In this document: one piece after another, positions 47,545 to 56,040 of the stretch
How the letters are laid out: each line of letters opens with the position of its first letter
Numbering within the stretch: position 1 is the stretch's first letter
Source of the DNA: a virus
IMG/VR virus record: IMGVR_UViG_3300005613_000008
Span: 32,001 to 96,000 of that record
Direction: 5' to 3' (one strand)
DNA: 64,000 nucleotides
Translations under genes and position numbers: made by a program
Notes under the pieces: generated by a model
Databases searched by the model: none
What the model was told of the DNA's origin: nothing
The model's input: the letters and a program-made list of their open reading frames with translations, nothing else

Positions 47545-48364
47545 GCATAATAAGAAGAGAAACACAGCTTTCGTTTTTGAAGCTCTCGCCCGCGAAGCAA
47601 CAACTGCGATCATCAAAGGAAATCAGGAGCGAAAAGTAAAAGTTGTCTCAATTATTCGTAAACACTTTACCGGTGATTCTCTTCTAAAGAAAGATCTTGA
47701 GTGCTATCGCTCACTTTATGAAAATCAGAATCTTGATGAGAACACAAGTCATAAGATTCTTGAAGCAGTAATGGCAGCAAAGCGTCTCATTGATCCTGAT
47801 GGTCTTTTCAAGCAACAGACTGAAGTTATCAACGATATCAACAAAGAACTATCCCCTGCTACTTTCAACAACTTTGTTCCAAACTACAAATCTCTTGCTA
47901 CCATTGCAAAGATGTTCAATACAAATTCACCAAAACAGAGGGTAATGCTTGAGTCAAAGATCGTTGAAGGAATGGTTGGAAAACTAGAAGAGCAGACCCT
48001 AGAGCCGATTGACTCACTTACTTTTGTAACCTTCACCAAGAAGTTCAACGAGAAATACAACGGTTCTTTACTCCGAGAACAAAAAGAACTACTAAACCAT
48101 TACATTTCTTCTTTTTCTCACGACGAACTTGAGACCAAGATTTATCTCAATAGAGAACTCGGCAGACTAAAGCTATCTCTATCAGAGGCAGTCAAGGTAG
48201 AAGAGATCGCTAATGATCCAGAAATGATCCGCAAGACAACAGCCGTCAAGGAACGTCTTGAAGATTTATCTAGCGAGACAACACTAAATGAATCAACCCT
48301 GCTGACTATTCTAAAGACACAGGAACTTGTAAAGGAAATCTACGACGATGGCAGTAACAGTTAG
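47534..48364 (+). CDS. Hypothetical helical head-region protein
   Basis: MKNKHNKKRNTAFVFEAL; directly downstream of the portal. Confidence 0.7.
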   Translation: MKNKHNKKRNTAFVFEALAREATTAIIKGNQERKVKVVSIIRKHFTGDSLLKKDLECYRSLYENQNLDENTSHKILEAVMAAKRLIDPDGLFKQQTEVINDINKELSPATFNNFVPNYKSLATIAKMFNTNSPKQRVMLESKIVEGMVGKLEEQTLEPIDSLTFVTFTKKFNEKYNGSLLREQKELLNHYISSFSHDELETKIYLNRELGRLKLSLSEAVKVEEIANDPEMIRKTTAVKERLEDLSSETTLNESTLLTILKTQELVKEIYDDGSNS

Positions 48365-48920
48365 GATTGTTCCAATCCCAGAGCCGGTCAAGGTTACAAT
48401 CAAGCCAAAGACCCCGCCCCCTACCGTAACTTTAGAATTAAACATTCGTAAATCTCTAAGCGGAGATCTAATGATCTTTGACCACGGCGACATCGACATT
48501 GTTTTATCTGGAAAGGACAAGAAGATAACTGCGTTCCCTAAGCAGACTCAGACTGACTTTACCTACGGCGCACAAAATCGCCTATTCAACCATCTTGCTA
48601 GAAAAGGCATCATAATCCCTGAGTCTATTCAGGGCGGCTCTTTCTACGGCGCTATGGAGGCAACCCTACAAGAAGCAGCAGACGGTAAGTTAAATGCTGC
48701 CAAATTTGCGCTTGTGAGCATTGAAAAATTCATTAAAGAAGAGAAGCCCTACTACGAAAATGTAGAAGCAGTTGTTGCTGGTGTTAAGGACGAATATACT
48801 GATCCTGATAAGACCGACTCTACCGAACTAGGCGAAGTTCCTCACCACGATGAACAAGGCTCTATCCGTAAGGGTTACATTCGAGATCCTTACACTTTCT
48901 CATATATGTACACTATATAG
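48348..48920 (+). CDS. Hypothetical protein
   Basis: 190-aa ORF overlapping the upstream gene; core-like codon usage. Confidence 0.7.
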   Translation: MAVTVRIVPIPEPVKVTIKPKTPPPTVTLELNIRKSLSGDLMIFDHGDIDIVLSGKDKKITAFPKQTQTDFTYGAQNRLFNHLARKGIIIPESIQGGSFYGAMEATLQEAADGKLNAAKFALVSIEKFIKEEKPYYENVEAVVAGVKDEYTDPDKTDSTELGEVPHHDEQGSIRKGYIRDPYTFSYMYTI

Positions 48921-48929
48921 GAGCCTGCT

Positions 48930-49388
48930 ATGTCTAACAACATGAAAGTCATAATGGAGCGTTGGGATAGATACGTTCTCGAAGAAGCGCCCTTAGAGAC
49001 AGTTGGAGATCTTAGAAAATTAATCAAGACCCACCGAGCTATGGAAGCAGGACTAGAGCTAGGAAAGAAAGCAGCGGAAGCAGTAATAGAGCAGATACCA
49101 GTTGTTAGTAGCATTTTCTCTCTTTGGAAGGGTGTGAAAGATGCTAAAGAAATTATTGGAAAACTGTATGGTGCTGAAGATTCTTTTAAATCAGCAACTG
49201 GACTAGACAAGCTAAACGTTGATGACGAAGTTTCCAAGATTGTTGATGATCCCATCGAGGTTGCTTTTATTAATGATCTTTTAAAAGCAATAGAAAACAT
49301 GGATGATCTATCCCCAATCCCAGACATAAACGCTGAACTTCAGAAATACTTAGCAAATAAATTCAACTCATATCAGGTAAAGAAATGA
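48930..49388 (+). CDS. Hypothetical protein with MK.IME.W..Y..EE leader variant
   Basis: SD AGGAG; MSNNMKVIMERWDRYVLEE. Confidence 0.65.
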   Translation: MSNNMKVIMERWDRYVLEEAPLETVGDLRKLIKTHRAMEAGLELGKKAAEAVIEQIPVVSSIFSLWKGVKDAKEIIGKLYGAEDSFKSATGLDKLNVDDEVSKIVDDPIEVAFINDLLKAIENMDDLSPIPDINAELQKYLANKFNSYQVKK

Positions 49389-49729
49389 TGGAACTTCTAC
49401 TATTCGTCCTTATAGCCTACGGACTAACACAAATTTTAGTCTATAGCGATATGCCTATACTAAAAAAACTACGCCCTCAGAAGGACTCCTACAAGGGCTA
49501 CGGCAAAGTGTTTCACTGCCCTATGTGCATGGGATTTCACGTCGGATGGTTTTTGGTCCTGCTTTCTCCTTGGACCGAACTATTTACGTTTGACACAACA
49601 ATTGTCAATGCTTTTATGCTTGGTTGTCTCTCATCAGCAACATCCTATGTTCTCAACATGGCATTTTCGGATGAAGGAATCATGATAAAGCATAACTACA
49701 AACACGATAACTTTATGGGAGAAGAGTGA
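49385..49729 (+). CDS. Membrane protein, DUF1360-like
   Basis: TM helix, then CPMCMGFHVGW, then further TM segments. Confidence 0.65.
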   Translation: MMELLLFVLIAYGLTQILVYSDMPILKKLRPQKDSYKGYGKVFHCPMCMGFHVGWFLVLLSPWTELFTFDTTIVNAFMLGCLSSATSYVLNMAFSDEGIMIKHNYKHDNFMGEE

Positions 49730-49794
49730 TGAACAACTACCTAATCAGTAAGTGGGGCTTACAGCCCGTTCGTCGTTGCTGTAAAGGCTCCTAG
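49729..49794 (+). CDS. 21-aa micro-ORF MNNYLISKWGLQPVRRCCKGS
   Basis: TGATG coupling to the upstream stop; ends TAG 49792-49794 just before a terminator. Not in the ORF track. Confidence 0.5.
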   Translation: MNNYLISKWGLQPVRRCCKGS

Positions 49795-49799
49795 CTCGC

Positions 49800-49825
49800 G
49801 CGGGTAACGCCCGCTTTTTACTTTT
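49800..49825 (+). terminator. Intrinsic terminator
   Basis: GCGGG-TAACG-CCCGC followed by TTTTTACTTTT. Confidence 0.65.
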
Positions 49826-49839
49826 GAGAGAACATTAAA

Positions 49840-50439
49840 ATGAAACTACTACGAGAATACTACGAACTATGTGAAGGCGGCGTTTGCCAAGACCTTCTTA
49901 CCGAGGACGAGAAGCGCTTTGTCTCCAATGGCGGCATGATGCTTACAGGTAAGCTACAAGAAGCAGATGTTCAGAACGGCAACGGTCGTGTTTATCCTTA
50001 CAAAGTTTTAGCCCGAGAAGTCCAAAACTACAAGAAACTAGTAAAAGAAAACAGGGCACTTGGCGAACTAGACCACCCTGACGATTCAGTTATCAATCTA
50101 AAAAACGCTTCACATATGGTTACAGACATTTGGATGGAAGATAAGGCTGTTATGGGTAAGGTCAAGGTTCTCAACACTCCATCAGGTCAGGTTCTCAAGT
50201 CTCTCGTAGAGTCAGGGGTTAAACTTGGCATCTCTTCTCGTGGTATGGGCTCCGTATCAGAAGGCGCAGGCAAGGTTATAGTCCAAGAAGACTTTCAGCT
50301 TATTTGCTTTGACTTTGTATCGGAGCCATCGACACCAAACGCATTTATGATGCGAGAAGCAAAAGAGTTTAATAATAGAGTATTCACAAAAGCCGACCGA
50401 ATCAACAGGTTATTAAACGAGGTATTAGAAAATGAATAA
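49840..50439 (+). CDS. gp21: Prohead core protease
   Basis: NGNGRVYP, ALGELDHP, GISSRGMGS, FDFVSEPSTPNA. Confidence 0.95.
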   Translation: MKLLREYYELCEGGVCQDLLTEDEKRFVSNGGMMLTGKLQEADVQNGNGRVYPYKVLAREVQNYKKLVKENRALGELDHPDDSVINLKNASHMVTDIWMEDKAVMGKVKVLNTPSGQVLKSLVESGVKLGISSRGMGSVSEGAGKVIVQEDFQLICFDFVSEPSTPNAFMMREAKEFNNRVFTKADRINRLLNEVLENE

Positions 50440-51106
50440 GTCAGATTTAGAAAAAATTCTATTAGAAGAAATAGAAACAGTTATAAACGAAGAAGAACTT
50501 GATGAGCAGAGTTTTCTAAAAAGAGTTGCCTCTGCTTTTAGAGGAAAACGACGTGGAGATCAATTAAGAGCAAAGAGAGCCAAAGCGAGAAGCAGAGGCA
50601 CTTACAATGTGGATGATTCTGGTCAAGCTCCCGCAGACACAAAAACTCCAGAACCAGCAGCAAAAGAAGACTCAGGTAAAACGATATCTTTGACAAAGGA
50701 TATCTTTCCTGATCTGATACCAGATATTCCATCACAAGATCGACATAAGCTAACCAAGTTGGTAAAAAGATTAAAGAGAGATAGAATAATTGGAAAAAAA
50801 ATCTCCAACTCTGAAAGAGAGAGACTAAAAGATGAATATTCTAAGATAGACGTTTATTCAAGCAAGTTAAGAGATGCAATCAAAAATGCAGGTTCAAAAC
50901 GCTCACAACTTGCATCACAGATGTCAAAAACAGTATCAGTTGATGACGTAAAGAATAAAATTCAGAATGCTGCCAGTATTGTAGATATAGATCCACAGAT
51001 AGTGAAATACATACTCAACGATATTGAAGATAATACAACCTTGGTAGAAAATATAGTATTAGCAATAATAAAAGAAAATCTAAATGGAAATAAGGTGGTA
51101 TTGTGA
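50432..51106 (+). CDS. Hypothetical AT-rich protein with LLEEI leader
   Basis: MNKSDLEKILLEEIE followed by a basic region. Confidence 0.65.
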   Translation: MNKSDLEKILLEEIETVINEEELDEQSFLKRVASAFRGKRRGDQLRAKRAKARSRGTYNVDDSGQAPADTKTPEPAAKEDSGKTISLTKDIFPDLIPDIPSQDRHKLTKLVKRLKRDRIIGKKISNSERERLKDEYSKIDVYSSKLRDAIKNAGSKRSQLASQMSKTVSVDDVKNKIQNAASIVDIDPQIVKYILNDIEDNTTLVENIVLAIIKENLNGNKVVL

Positions 51107-51534
51107 ATAAAGCACAATTAAAGAAGCTAATCAAACCAGTCGTAAAAGAATGCATCCAAGAAGTCCTCATAGAAGAAGGTCTTCTCACGGAAGTTGTATC
51201 TCAAGTAACTGCTGGTTTATCGAAGAAACCAATTGTTGAGAATAAACCAAAGAAAACAAAAGATAACCTATTTAATGAAGACTTGCAGATGAAACGCAAG
51301 ACCCAAGAGGTGAACCAGAAACTACAGGAGCATCGTAAGAAACTCCTAGATTCAATTGGTAAAGAAGCTTATAATGGCGTAGATCTCTTTGAAGGCACAG
51401 AACCCATTAGAGAATCAGGAACACCCGGAGCCTCACATAGACCAAATGTTCTAGGCGACGATCCAAATGATGCTGGTGTAGATATCAGTTCACTAATGGG
51501 AAATGCAAGTAAAGTCTGGCAAGCACTTAAATAG
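51103..51534 (+). CDS. Hypothetical head-region protein with leader-like N-terminus
   Basis: GTG start; MNKAQLKKLIKPVVKECIQEVLIEE. Confidence 0.7.
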   Translation: MNKAQLKKLIKPVVKECIQEVLIEEGLLTEVVSQVTAGLSKKPIVENKPKKTKDNLFNEDLQMKRKTQEVNQKLQEHRKKLLDSIGKEAYNGVDLFEGTEPIRESGTPGASHRPNVLGDDPNDAGVDISSLMGNASKVWQALK

Positions 51535-51542
51535 GAATAACA

Positions 51543-51791
51543 ATGAGCAGAAGAAAGGGCGCTAACGTTAAAGTAACAGCAAAAGAGTGCCGTGGTAATC
51601 ACGAGAAGATGATCCGAAAGTTCATCAAAAAGTGTAAAAAAGAAAAAGTTATTGAACAGATTAGAGATAGAAGATATTTTAAGAAACCTTCAGATGTAAA
51701 GAGACATGCAAAACAGGCTGCTATTCGCAGACAAAAGCGTGACGTTGCAAAGCAAAAGGCAAAAGATGCTGCCCGCGAAAGAAATAGTTAA
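51543..51791 (+). CDS. rpsU: Ribosomal protein bS21 homologue
   Basis: EKMIRKFIKKCKKEKVIEQIRDRRYFKKPSDVKRHAKQAAIRR matches the bS21 core (RRFK..V.K.G...E...R..Y.KPS..R). Confidence 0.85.
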   Translation: MSRRKGANVKVTAKECRGNHEKMIRKFIKKCKKEKVIEQIRDRRYFKKPSDVKRHAKQAAIRRQKRDVAKQKAKDAARERNS

Positions 51792-51792
51792 G

Positions 51793-51800
51793 ACTATTTA
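51793..51800 (+). promoter_or_regulatory. Putative late promoter ACTATTTA
   Basis: Intergenic, about 30 nt before ATG 51830. Confidence 0.72.
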
Positions 51801-51829
51801 TTCTGACTATGTAAAAACGGAGGTTTCTT

Positions 51830-52273
51830 ATGTCTAACTTTATCAAATCCTATCAAGCGAATGTAGGACTTAACCATGTGCCTGCCTATCAGGTTTCAGG
51901 ACAGCCATTCGCCACAGGGTCCATAACTGCTAATCCAGTCACAGGAGATGTAGTAAAGGTTGAGTTTCCATATGTTACTAGATGGGTTAAAATTGTAGCC
52001 ATTACTGGTAGTGCGAATACTCACTTGAGAGTAGGCTTTTCTGAAAATGGTGTTAAAGGCGACAACTACTTTAGATACCTTGCAGGAAACAACTTTAATC
52101 ACGAAGGTGGTCCATCTGCTCCGCTTGAATTAAAAGTGAGTGAACTTTACTTCTTGGGTGATAATGGAGCAACAGTTGAATTTGATGTTGTGGCTGGCTT
52201 AACTTCTATCCCTAGTTCTCGCACCACAACCGATAGTGGTCCAAGCTGGTCAGGCTCTGCTGGGGTGGGTTGA
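51830..52273 (+). CDS. Putative virion (head decoration-type) protein
   Basis: Own ACTATTTA motif and GGAGG SD; beta-rich, first gene of the fibre cluster. Confidence 0.55.
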   Translation: MSNFIKSYQANVGLNHVPAYQVSGQPFATGSITANPVTGDVVKVEFPYVTRWVKIVAITGSANTHLRVGFSENGVKGDNYFRYLAGNNFNHEGGPSAPLELKVSELYFLGDNGATVEFDVVAGLTSIPSSRTTTDSGPSWSGSAGVG

Positions 52274-52276
52274 TAG

Positions 52277-52924
52277 ATGGCTCAGTTTGGATGGGCATAT
52301 GTAAATTGTTCTAGTTCTGGAGGTACCGCAAATCATGCAGGACCAATCCAGTCTATTCAGTTTTTAACATCTTCCACAGACACAAGCGGGTCATCTAACT
52401 TTCTGTATCTAACCTCCAGCAACACTGTTTATCTTTCTGGAACTTTGCAAGTTGTAGGAACAATTACAGCAAGTTCTTTTGTTGTTGATCAAACAGATAT
52501 TATTTCTGGTTCTACCATTTTTGGCAACTCTACTGATGATACTCACCAATTTACTGGTTCTGTTTATATTGGTGCTTCAGCAAGTGCTCCTACTTTTCAA
52601 GTAGATCCGGTAAACTCTCAAACAATCACACAGGGCTTGAGAGTAAATTATAGACAAATTACTTCAGCAGGAACCTCTTCTACTATCGACTACATTCTTG
52701 GCTTTGCCGGGGCAGGGGCTATAGAGTTTAGAATCCACTCTGCTTCTGTTGCAGGTGAAGGTGCTTTAGTATTGGTAAAGGATGAATTATCTTCTCGCGC
52801 TGGCGCAATTACCCTATCGGCATCTTCAGGTGAAACTATTGATGGTAATTCATTTTATGAAATCACAGGCTCATCTCCAGCAATCAGCCTTTATTCCAAT
52901 GGGACAAGCTGGTTCGTATTCTAG
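52277..52924 (+). CDS. Fibre/decoration protein with T4 gp9/10-like C-terminal domain
   Basis: Ser/Thr-rich; ends VKDE...ITLSASSGETIDG...ISLYSNGTSWFVF. Confidence 0.65.
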   Translation: MAQFGWAYVNCSSSGGTANHAGPIQSIQFLTSSTDTSGSSNFLYLTSSNTVYLSGTLQVVGTITASSFVVDQTDIISGSTIFGNSTDDTHQFTGSVYIGASASAPTFQVDPVNSQTITQGLRVNYRQITSAGTSSTIDYILGFAGAGAIEFRIHSASVAGEGALVLVKDELSSRAGAITLSASSGETIDGNSFYEITGSSPAISLYSNGTSWFVF

Positions 52925-52942
52925 TAATGGAGAAGGCTGTAG

Positions 52943-53926
52943 ATGGCGAAAAATCACTTAACAGGCAATGTCCAGGCACCAGCCTACTTTGGTCCATTAG
53001 GTAACCAACCAGTAGCAAATATTATCTCTGGTGCATTTCACGGAGATGGAACGAACGTAACTAACGTTGCAAGAGTTACGGCTAACGATATTAACGATTA
53101 TGTTGTTACGCTAGGAAATCAGCCACAGAGTTTGGTCGGAGAACCAAACTTAAGATTTAATGGCTCTCGCCTCTATGTTAATGCACCAGTAACAGCTTCT
53201 GCATTACATTTAACTGCACTTCCTGTTGGAATAGCGACAACAGCCTCTTATCTTGCCCTTGATGAAAATAACAATGTTATTCTTACATCTTCTGTTATAG
53301 ATACGGGAGCAGAAGGTCAAGGACCAATTAATTCAATCCAGATTCATACCGGTTCTAGTGGAATTTCTGGCTCTGCCAACTTTATCTATGATCCCTCAAC
53401 AAATGTAGTAGAGCTATCTGGCAATCTAATAATTTCCGGCAATATTACAGCACACACATTTGATATCATACACACAGATATAATCGAGATCGATTCTTCT
53501 GGATCTACAAGATTCGGTGATAGTAATGATGATGTTCACATTCGCACTGGCTCTTTGTCTATCATGTCTTCATCAGCAGAACAATTCAAAGTAGACATAA
53601 TAAATAAAGTTACCTCTATCAACACAGGTGTTTCTTTCAATAGAATCTCAACCTCTATAGATTACAATGTTAAGAAATCAAATTACATTATAGGAGTAGA
53701 TAGCACAAGCAATCCTGTAACAATCACCTTGCCTGATGCAAGTACTTTATCTAGCGGTCACACATTTGTCGTAAAAGACGAAGGTGGCGCTGTTTCCAGC
53801 AATGCCATTACGATTTCGGCGTCTGGATCTCAACAAATCGACAGTGTAAATTCGATTGTTTTGGAAGTGCCTTATTCATCTATTCAGCTTTATTGTAACG
53901 GCACATCAAAGTTCTTTGTTTTCTAA
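52943..53926 (+). CDS. Fibre/decoration protein, paralogous C-terminal domain
   Basis: Ends TITLPDA...FVVKDEGG...ITISASGSQQID...LYCNGTSKFFVF. Confidence 0.68.
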   Translation: MAKNHLTGNVQAPAYFGPLGNQPVANIISGAFHGDGTNVTNVARVTANDINDYVVTLGNQPQSLVGEPNLRFNGSRLYVNAPVTASALHLTALPVGIATTASYLALDENNNVILTSSVIDTGAEGQGPINSIQIHTGSSGISGSANFIYDPSTNVVELSGNLIISGNITAHTFDIIHTDIIEIDSSGSTRFGDSNDDVHIRTGSLSIMSSSAEQFKVDIINKVTSINTGVSFNRISTSIDYNVKKSNYIIGVDSTSNPVTITLPDASTLSSGHTFVVKDEGGAVSSNAITISASGSQQIDSVNSIVLEVPYSSIQLYCNGTSKFFVF

Positions 53927-53947
53927 ATCCTGTTTATGATCATTGTA

Positions 53948-53955
53948 TCTATTTA
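53948..53955 (+). promoter_or_regulatory. Late promoter variant TCTATTTA
   Basis: Intergenic, before the hairpin and ATG 54016. Confidence 0.6.
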
Positions 53956-53962
53956 TAATCAA

Positions 53963-53988
53963 ATAAGCAAGCCTATGCGTTTGTTTAT
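53963..53988 (+). promoter_or_regulatory. 5' UTR RNA stem-loop of the long fibre gene
   Basis: ATAAGCAAGC-CTATGC-GTTTGTTTAT: 10-bp stem with two G-U pairs, between the promoter motif and the SD. Confidence 0.5.
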
Positions 53989-54015
53989 CTTAATGACATT
54001 ATAGGAGGATTTTAT

Positions 54016-55923
54016 ATGTCTAATGGTTTTGTTCCCGCAAAGGGTACTCAGGATCCACTCTGGAAGGGTGGTGGTCTTGAGATTTCAGGTTCCGGCGTAC
54101 TTCGTGTCACCGGTTCCGGTGCTGGTGGTGAAGATATTCACGCTGATTTCAAGGAACACCTTGGTATCTCTGCTGTTGAGTCTCGCGCTACTGTTCTAGA
54201 AGGCGATGTTGTCTCTATCGACACCCGCATCACTGACGAAGAGTCTGCTCGCCTCGCTGGTGACAACTCTCTAGAAGCTGCTCTATCTTCTGAGATTTCT
54301 GCAACAAACGACGATGTTGATTCACTCGACGTTCGCGTCTCAGCCCTTGATTCCGAGCAGGATGCAGATCAGGTTTCTATCGACGCTGCAATTTCTGGTG
54401 AGGTTTCTGCCCGCATTGCTGGTGATGACTCTCTCCAGACACGTCTATCTGCCGAAGAGTCCCGTGCTGGCTCTGTCGAAGTTAGCCTTCAGGGTTCACT
54501 AGACGCCCGTGTTTCTGCTCTCGATTCTGAACAGGATGCAGATCAGGTTTCTATCGACGCTGCAATTTCTGGTGAGGTTTCTGCTCGTGTCGCTGGCGAT
54601 GGTTCCCTAGAGACCCGTCTAAGCGATGAAGAGGTTGCTCGCGCTTCTGTCGATGCTGTCGCATCTGCTGCCCTATCTTCTGAGGCTTCAGAGCGTCTCG
54701 CTGGCGATGGCTCTCTTGAGACCAAGATGGATGCTGCCGATGGTTCACTCACAACTCGCATCTCTGGCGAAGAGTCTGTTCGTCTCGCTGATGATCTTTC
54801 TCTCCAGACCCGCCTAAGCACTGAAGAGTCTACTCGCACCGCCGAGATGGCTTCTAACGATACAGCACATACCTCTCTAGAGACTAAGATTTCTACTGAT
54901 GTTTCTGCTGCTAACGCTTCTGTCGATCTTCGCGTTAGTAATGAAGAAGATGCGCGCGCTGCTGCCGATGCTTCACTTACCACTCGCGTAAGCGATGAAG
55001 AGGTTGCTCGCGCTTCTGTCGATGCTATCGCATCTGCTGCTCTCTCTTCTGAAGAGTCTGCTCGCGTTGCTGGCGATGCTTCACTTACCACCCGTGTTGG
55101 CAATGAAGAGAGTGTCCGTGCTTCTGCTGACGCTTCTATCGTTGCTATGCACGAAGCTGACGAGGTTTCTCTCAACGCTCGTTTGAGCACTGCCGAGTCT
55201 CAGGAAGCTGCTGATGTCGCTTCTCTCGAAGTTGTTGATGGTTCTCTAGAGACCCGTCTAAGCGAAGAGGAATCTACTCGCACTTCCGAAATGGCTTCTA
55301 ATGATCTAGCACACAGCACAATGCAGTCTATAGTTCAGTCTGTTGATGGTTCTCTAGAGACCCGTCTAAGTGATGAAGAGGATGCACGCACTTCTGGTGA
55401 TAATTCTCTCACCACTCGCATCTCTGGTGAAGAGTCTGTTCGTCTCGCTGACGACCTCTCACTCCAGACACGTCTAAGCACAGAAGAGTCGCGTGCCTCT
55501 GCTGCTGAAGGTTCTCTTGAGACCCGTCTAAGTGAAGAAGAATCTCTTGCTGTTGCAGAGTTCGCTTCAGTCGATGCCGCAATCTCTTCTGAAGAGTCTG
55601 CTCGCATCTCTGGCGATGCTTCTGTCTTGGCTGCCATCGTTGCTGGTTTCAAGGACATTCAGGTTCTCGGCACCAACACAACCCTAGATAACACTTACAC
55701 CCACGTTGTTGCTGGTGCTGATGGTCTAACCTTCACACTTCCAGCCACTCCCGGTGCTGATGAAATCTACTTCATCAAGAACTTCGATGGTGTTGATGCT
55801 CAGGTTACAATCGCCGGTAACGGTAACAACATTGATGGTCAGTCCAGCATCTCTCTAGATGTTCCAAACGCTGCTGTCAAGGTTGTTTACGATAGCGCTA
55901 CTGACGAGTGGTACATCTTCTGA
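54016..55923 (+). CDS. Long coiled-coil fibre protein (18-residue repeats) with gp9/10-like tip domain
   Basis: Recurrent SL.TR.S.EE..R..xD unit; C-terminal TFTLPA...IKNFDG..VTIAGNGNNIDG...VVYD....WYIF; SD AGGAGG; MCP-like codon usage. Confidence 0.75.
   Translation: MSNGFVPAKGTQDPLWKGGGLEISGSGVLRVTGSGAGGEDIHADFKEHLGISAVESRATVLEGDVVSIDTRITDEESARLAGDNSLEAALSSEISATNDDVDSLDVRVSALDSEQDADQVSIDAAISGEVSARIAGDDSLQTRLSAEESRAGSVEVSLQGSLDARVSALDSEQDADQVSIDAAISGEVSARVAGDGSLETRLSDEEVARASVDAVASAALSSEASERLAGDGSLETKMDAADGSLTTRISGEESVRLADDLSLQTRLSTEESTRTAEMASNDTAHTSLETKISTDVSAANASVDLRVSNEEDARAAADASLTTRVSDEEVARASVDAIASAALSSEESARVAGDASLTTRVGNEESVRASADASIVAMHEADEVSLNARLSTAESQEAADVASLEVVDGSLETRLSEEESTRTSEMASNDLAHSTMQSIVQSVDGSLETRLSDEEDARTSGDNSLTTRISGEESVRLADDLSLQTRLSTEESRASAAEGSLETRLSEEESLAVAEFASVDAAISSEESARISGDASVLAAIVAGFKDIQVLGTNTTLDNTYTHVVAGADGLTFTLPATPGADEIYFIKNFDGVDAQVTIAGNGNNIDGQSSISLDVPNAAVKVVYDSATDEWYIF
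54358..55530 (+). repeat. Interleaved near-identical DNA repeats in the fibre gene
   Basis: 53-nt exact repeat 54358-54410/54532-54584; 38-nt exact repeat 54620-54657/54989-55026; about 77-nt imperfect repeat 54754-54830/55414-55490; several ggttc..t.gagacccgtctaag copies. Confidence 0.9.
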
Positions 55924-55944
55924 TAACCCTGTAGTCTAAATCTT

Positions 55945-55980
55945 GGGGGCACCTCTTCGGGGGTGCCCCCATTTCGTTTT
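55945..55980 (+). terminator. Intrinsic terminator with cUUCGg loop
   Basis: GGGGGCACCTC-TTCG-GGGGTGCCCCC followed by ATTTCGTTTT. Confidence 0.9.
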
Positions 55981-56005
55981 GTTAGTTCTTAAATGGATTC
56001 GTGAT

Positions 56006-56013
56006 ACTATTTA
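56006..56013 (+). promoter_or_regulatory. Putative late promoter ACTATTTA
   Basis: After the terminator, about 28 nt before ATG 56041. Confidence 0.72.
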
Positions 56014-56040
56014 CGAGTGCTTGTAGCGGAGAACAAAAGA

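Noticed and set aside
21758-49586. Further ACTATTTA/ACTACTTA/ACTAATTA matches inside genes (21758, 28385, 38544, 42705, 49579)
   Set aside because: They are far from a start codon or explained by ordinary codons in AT-rich DNA; chance occurrence is likely, so they are not called.
49727-49825. Selenocysteine readthrough at the DUF1360-like TGA with the downstream hairpin as SECIS
   Set aside because: The frame continues TGA TGA ACA ACT ACC TAA with no meaningful extension, and the hairpin has a U-tract typical of a terminator.
54358-55530. Possible CRISPR array or DGR template/variable repeat
   Set aside because: The repeats are in-frame coding units with irregular spacing and no unique spacers. 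Differences are mostly synonymous rather than adenine-specific, and no cas or reverse transcriptase gene is present.
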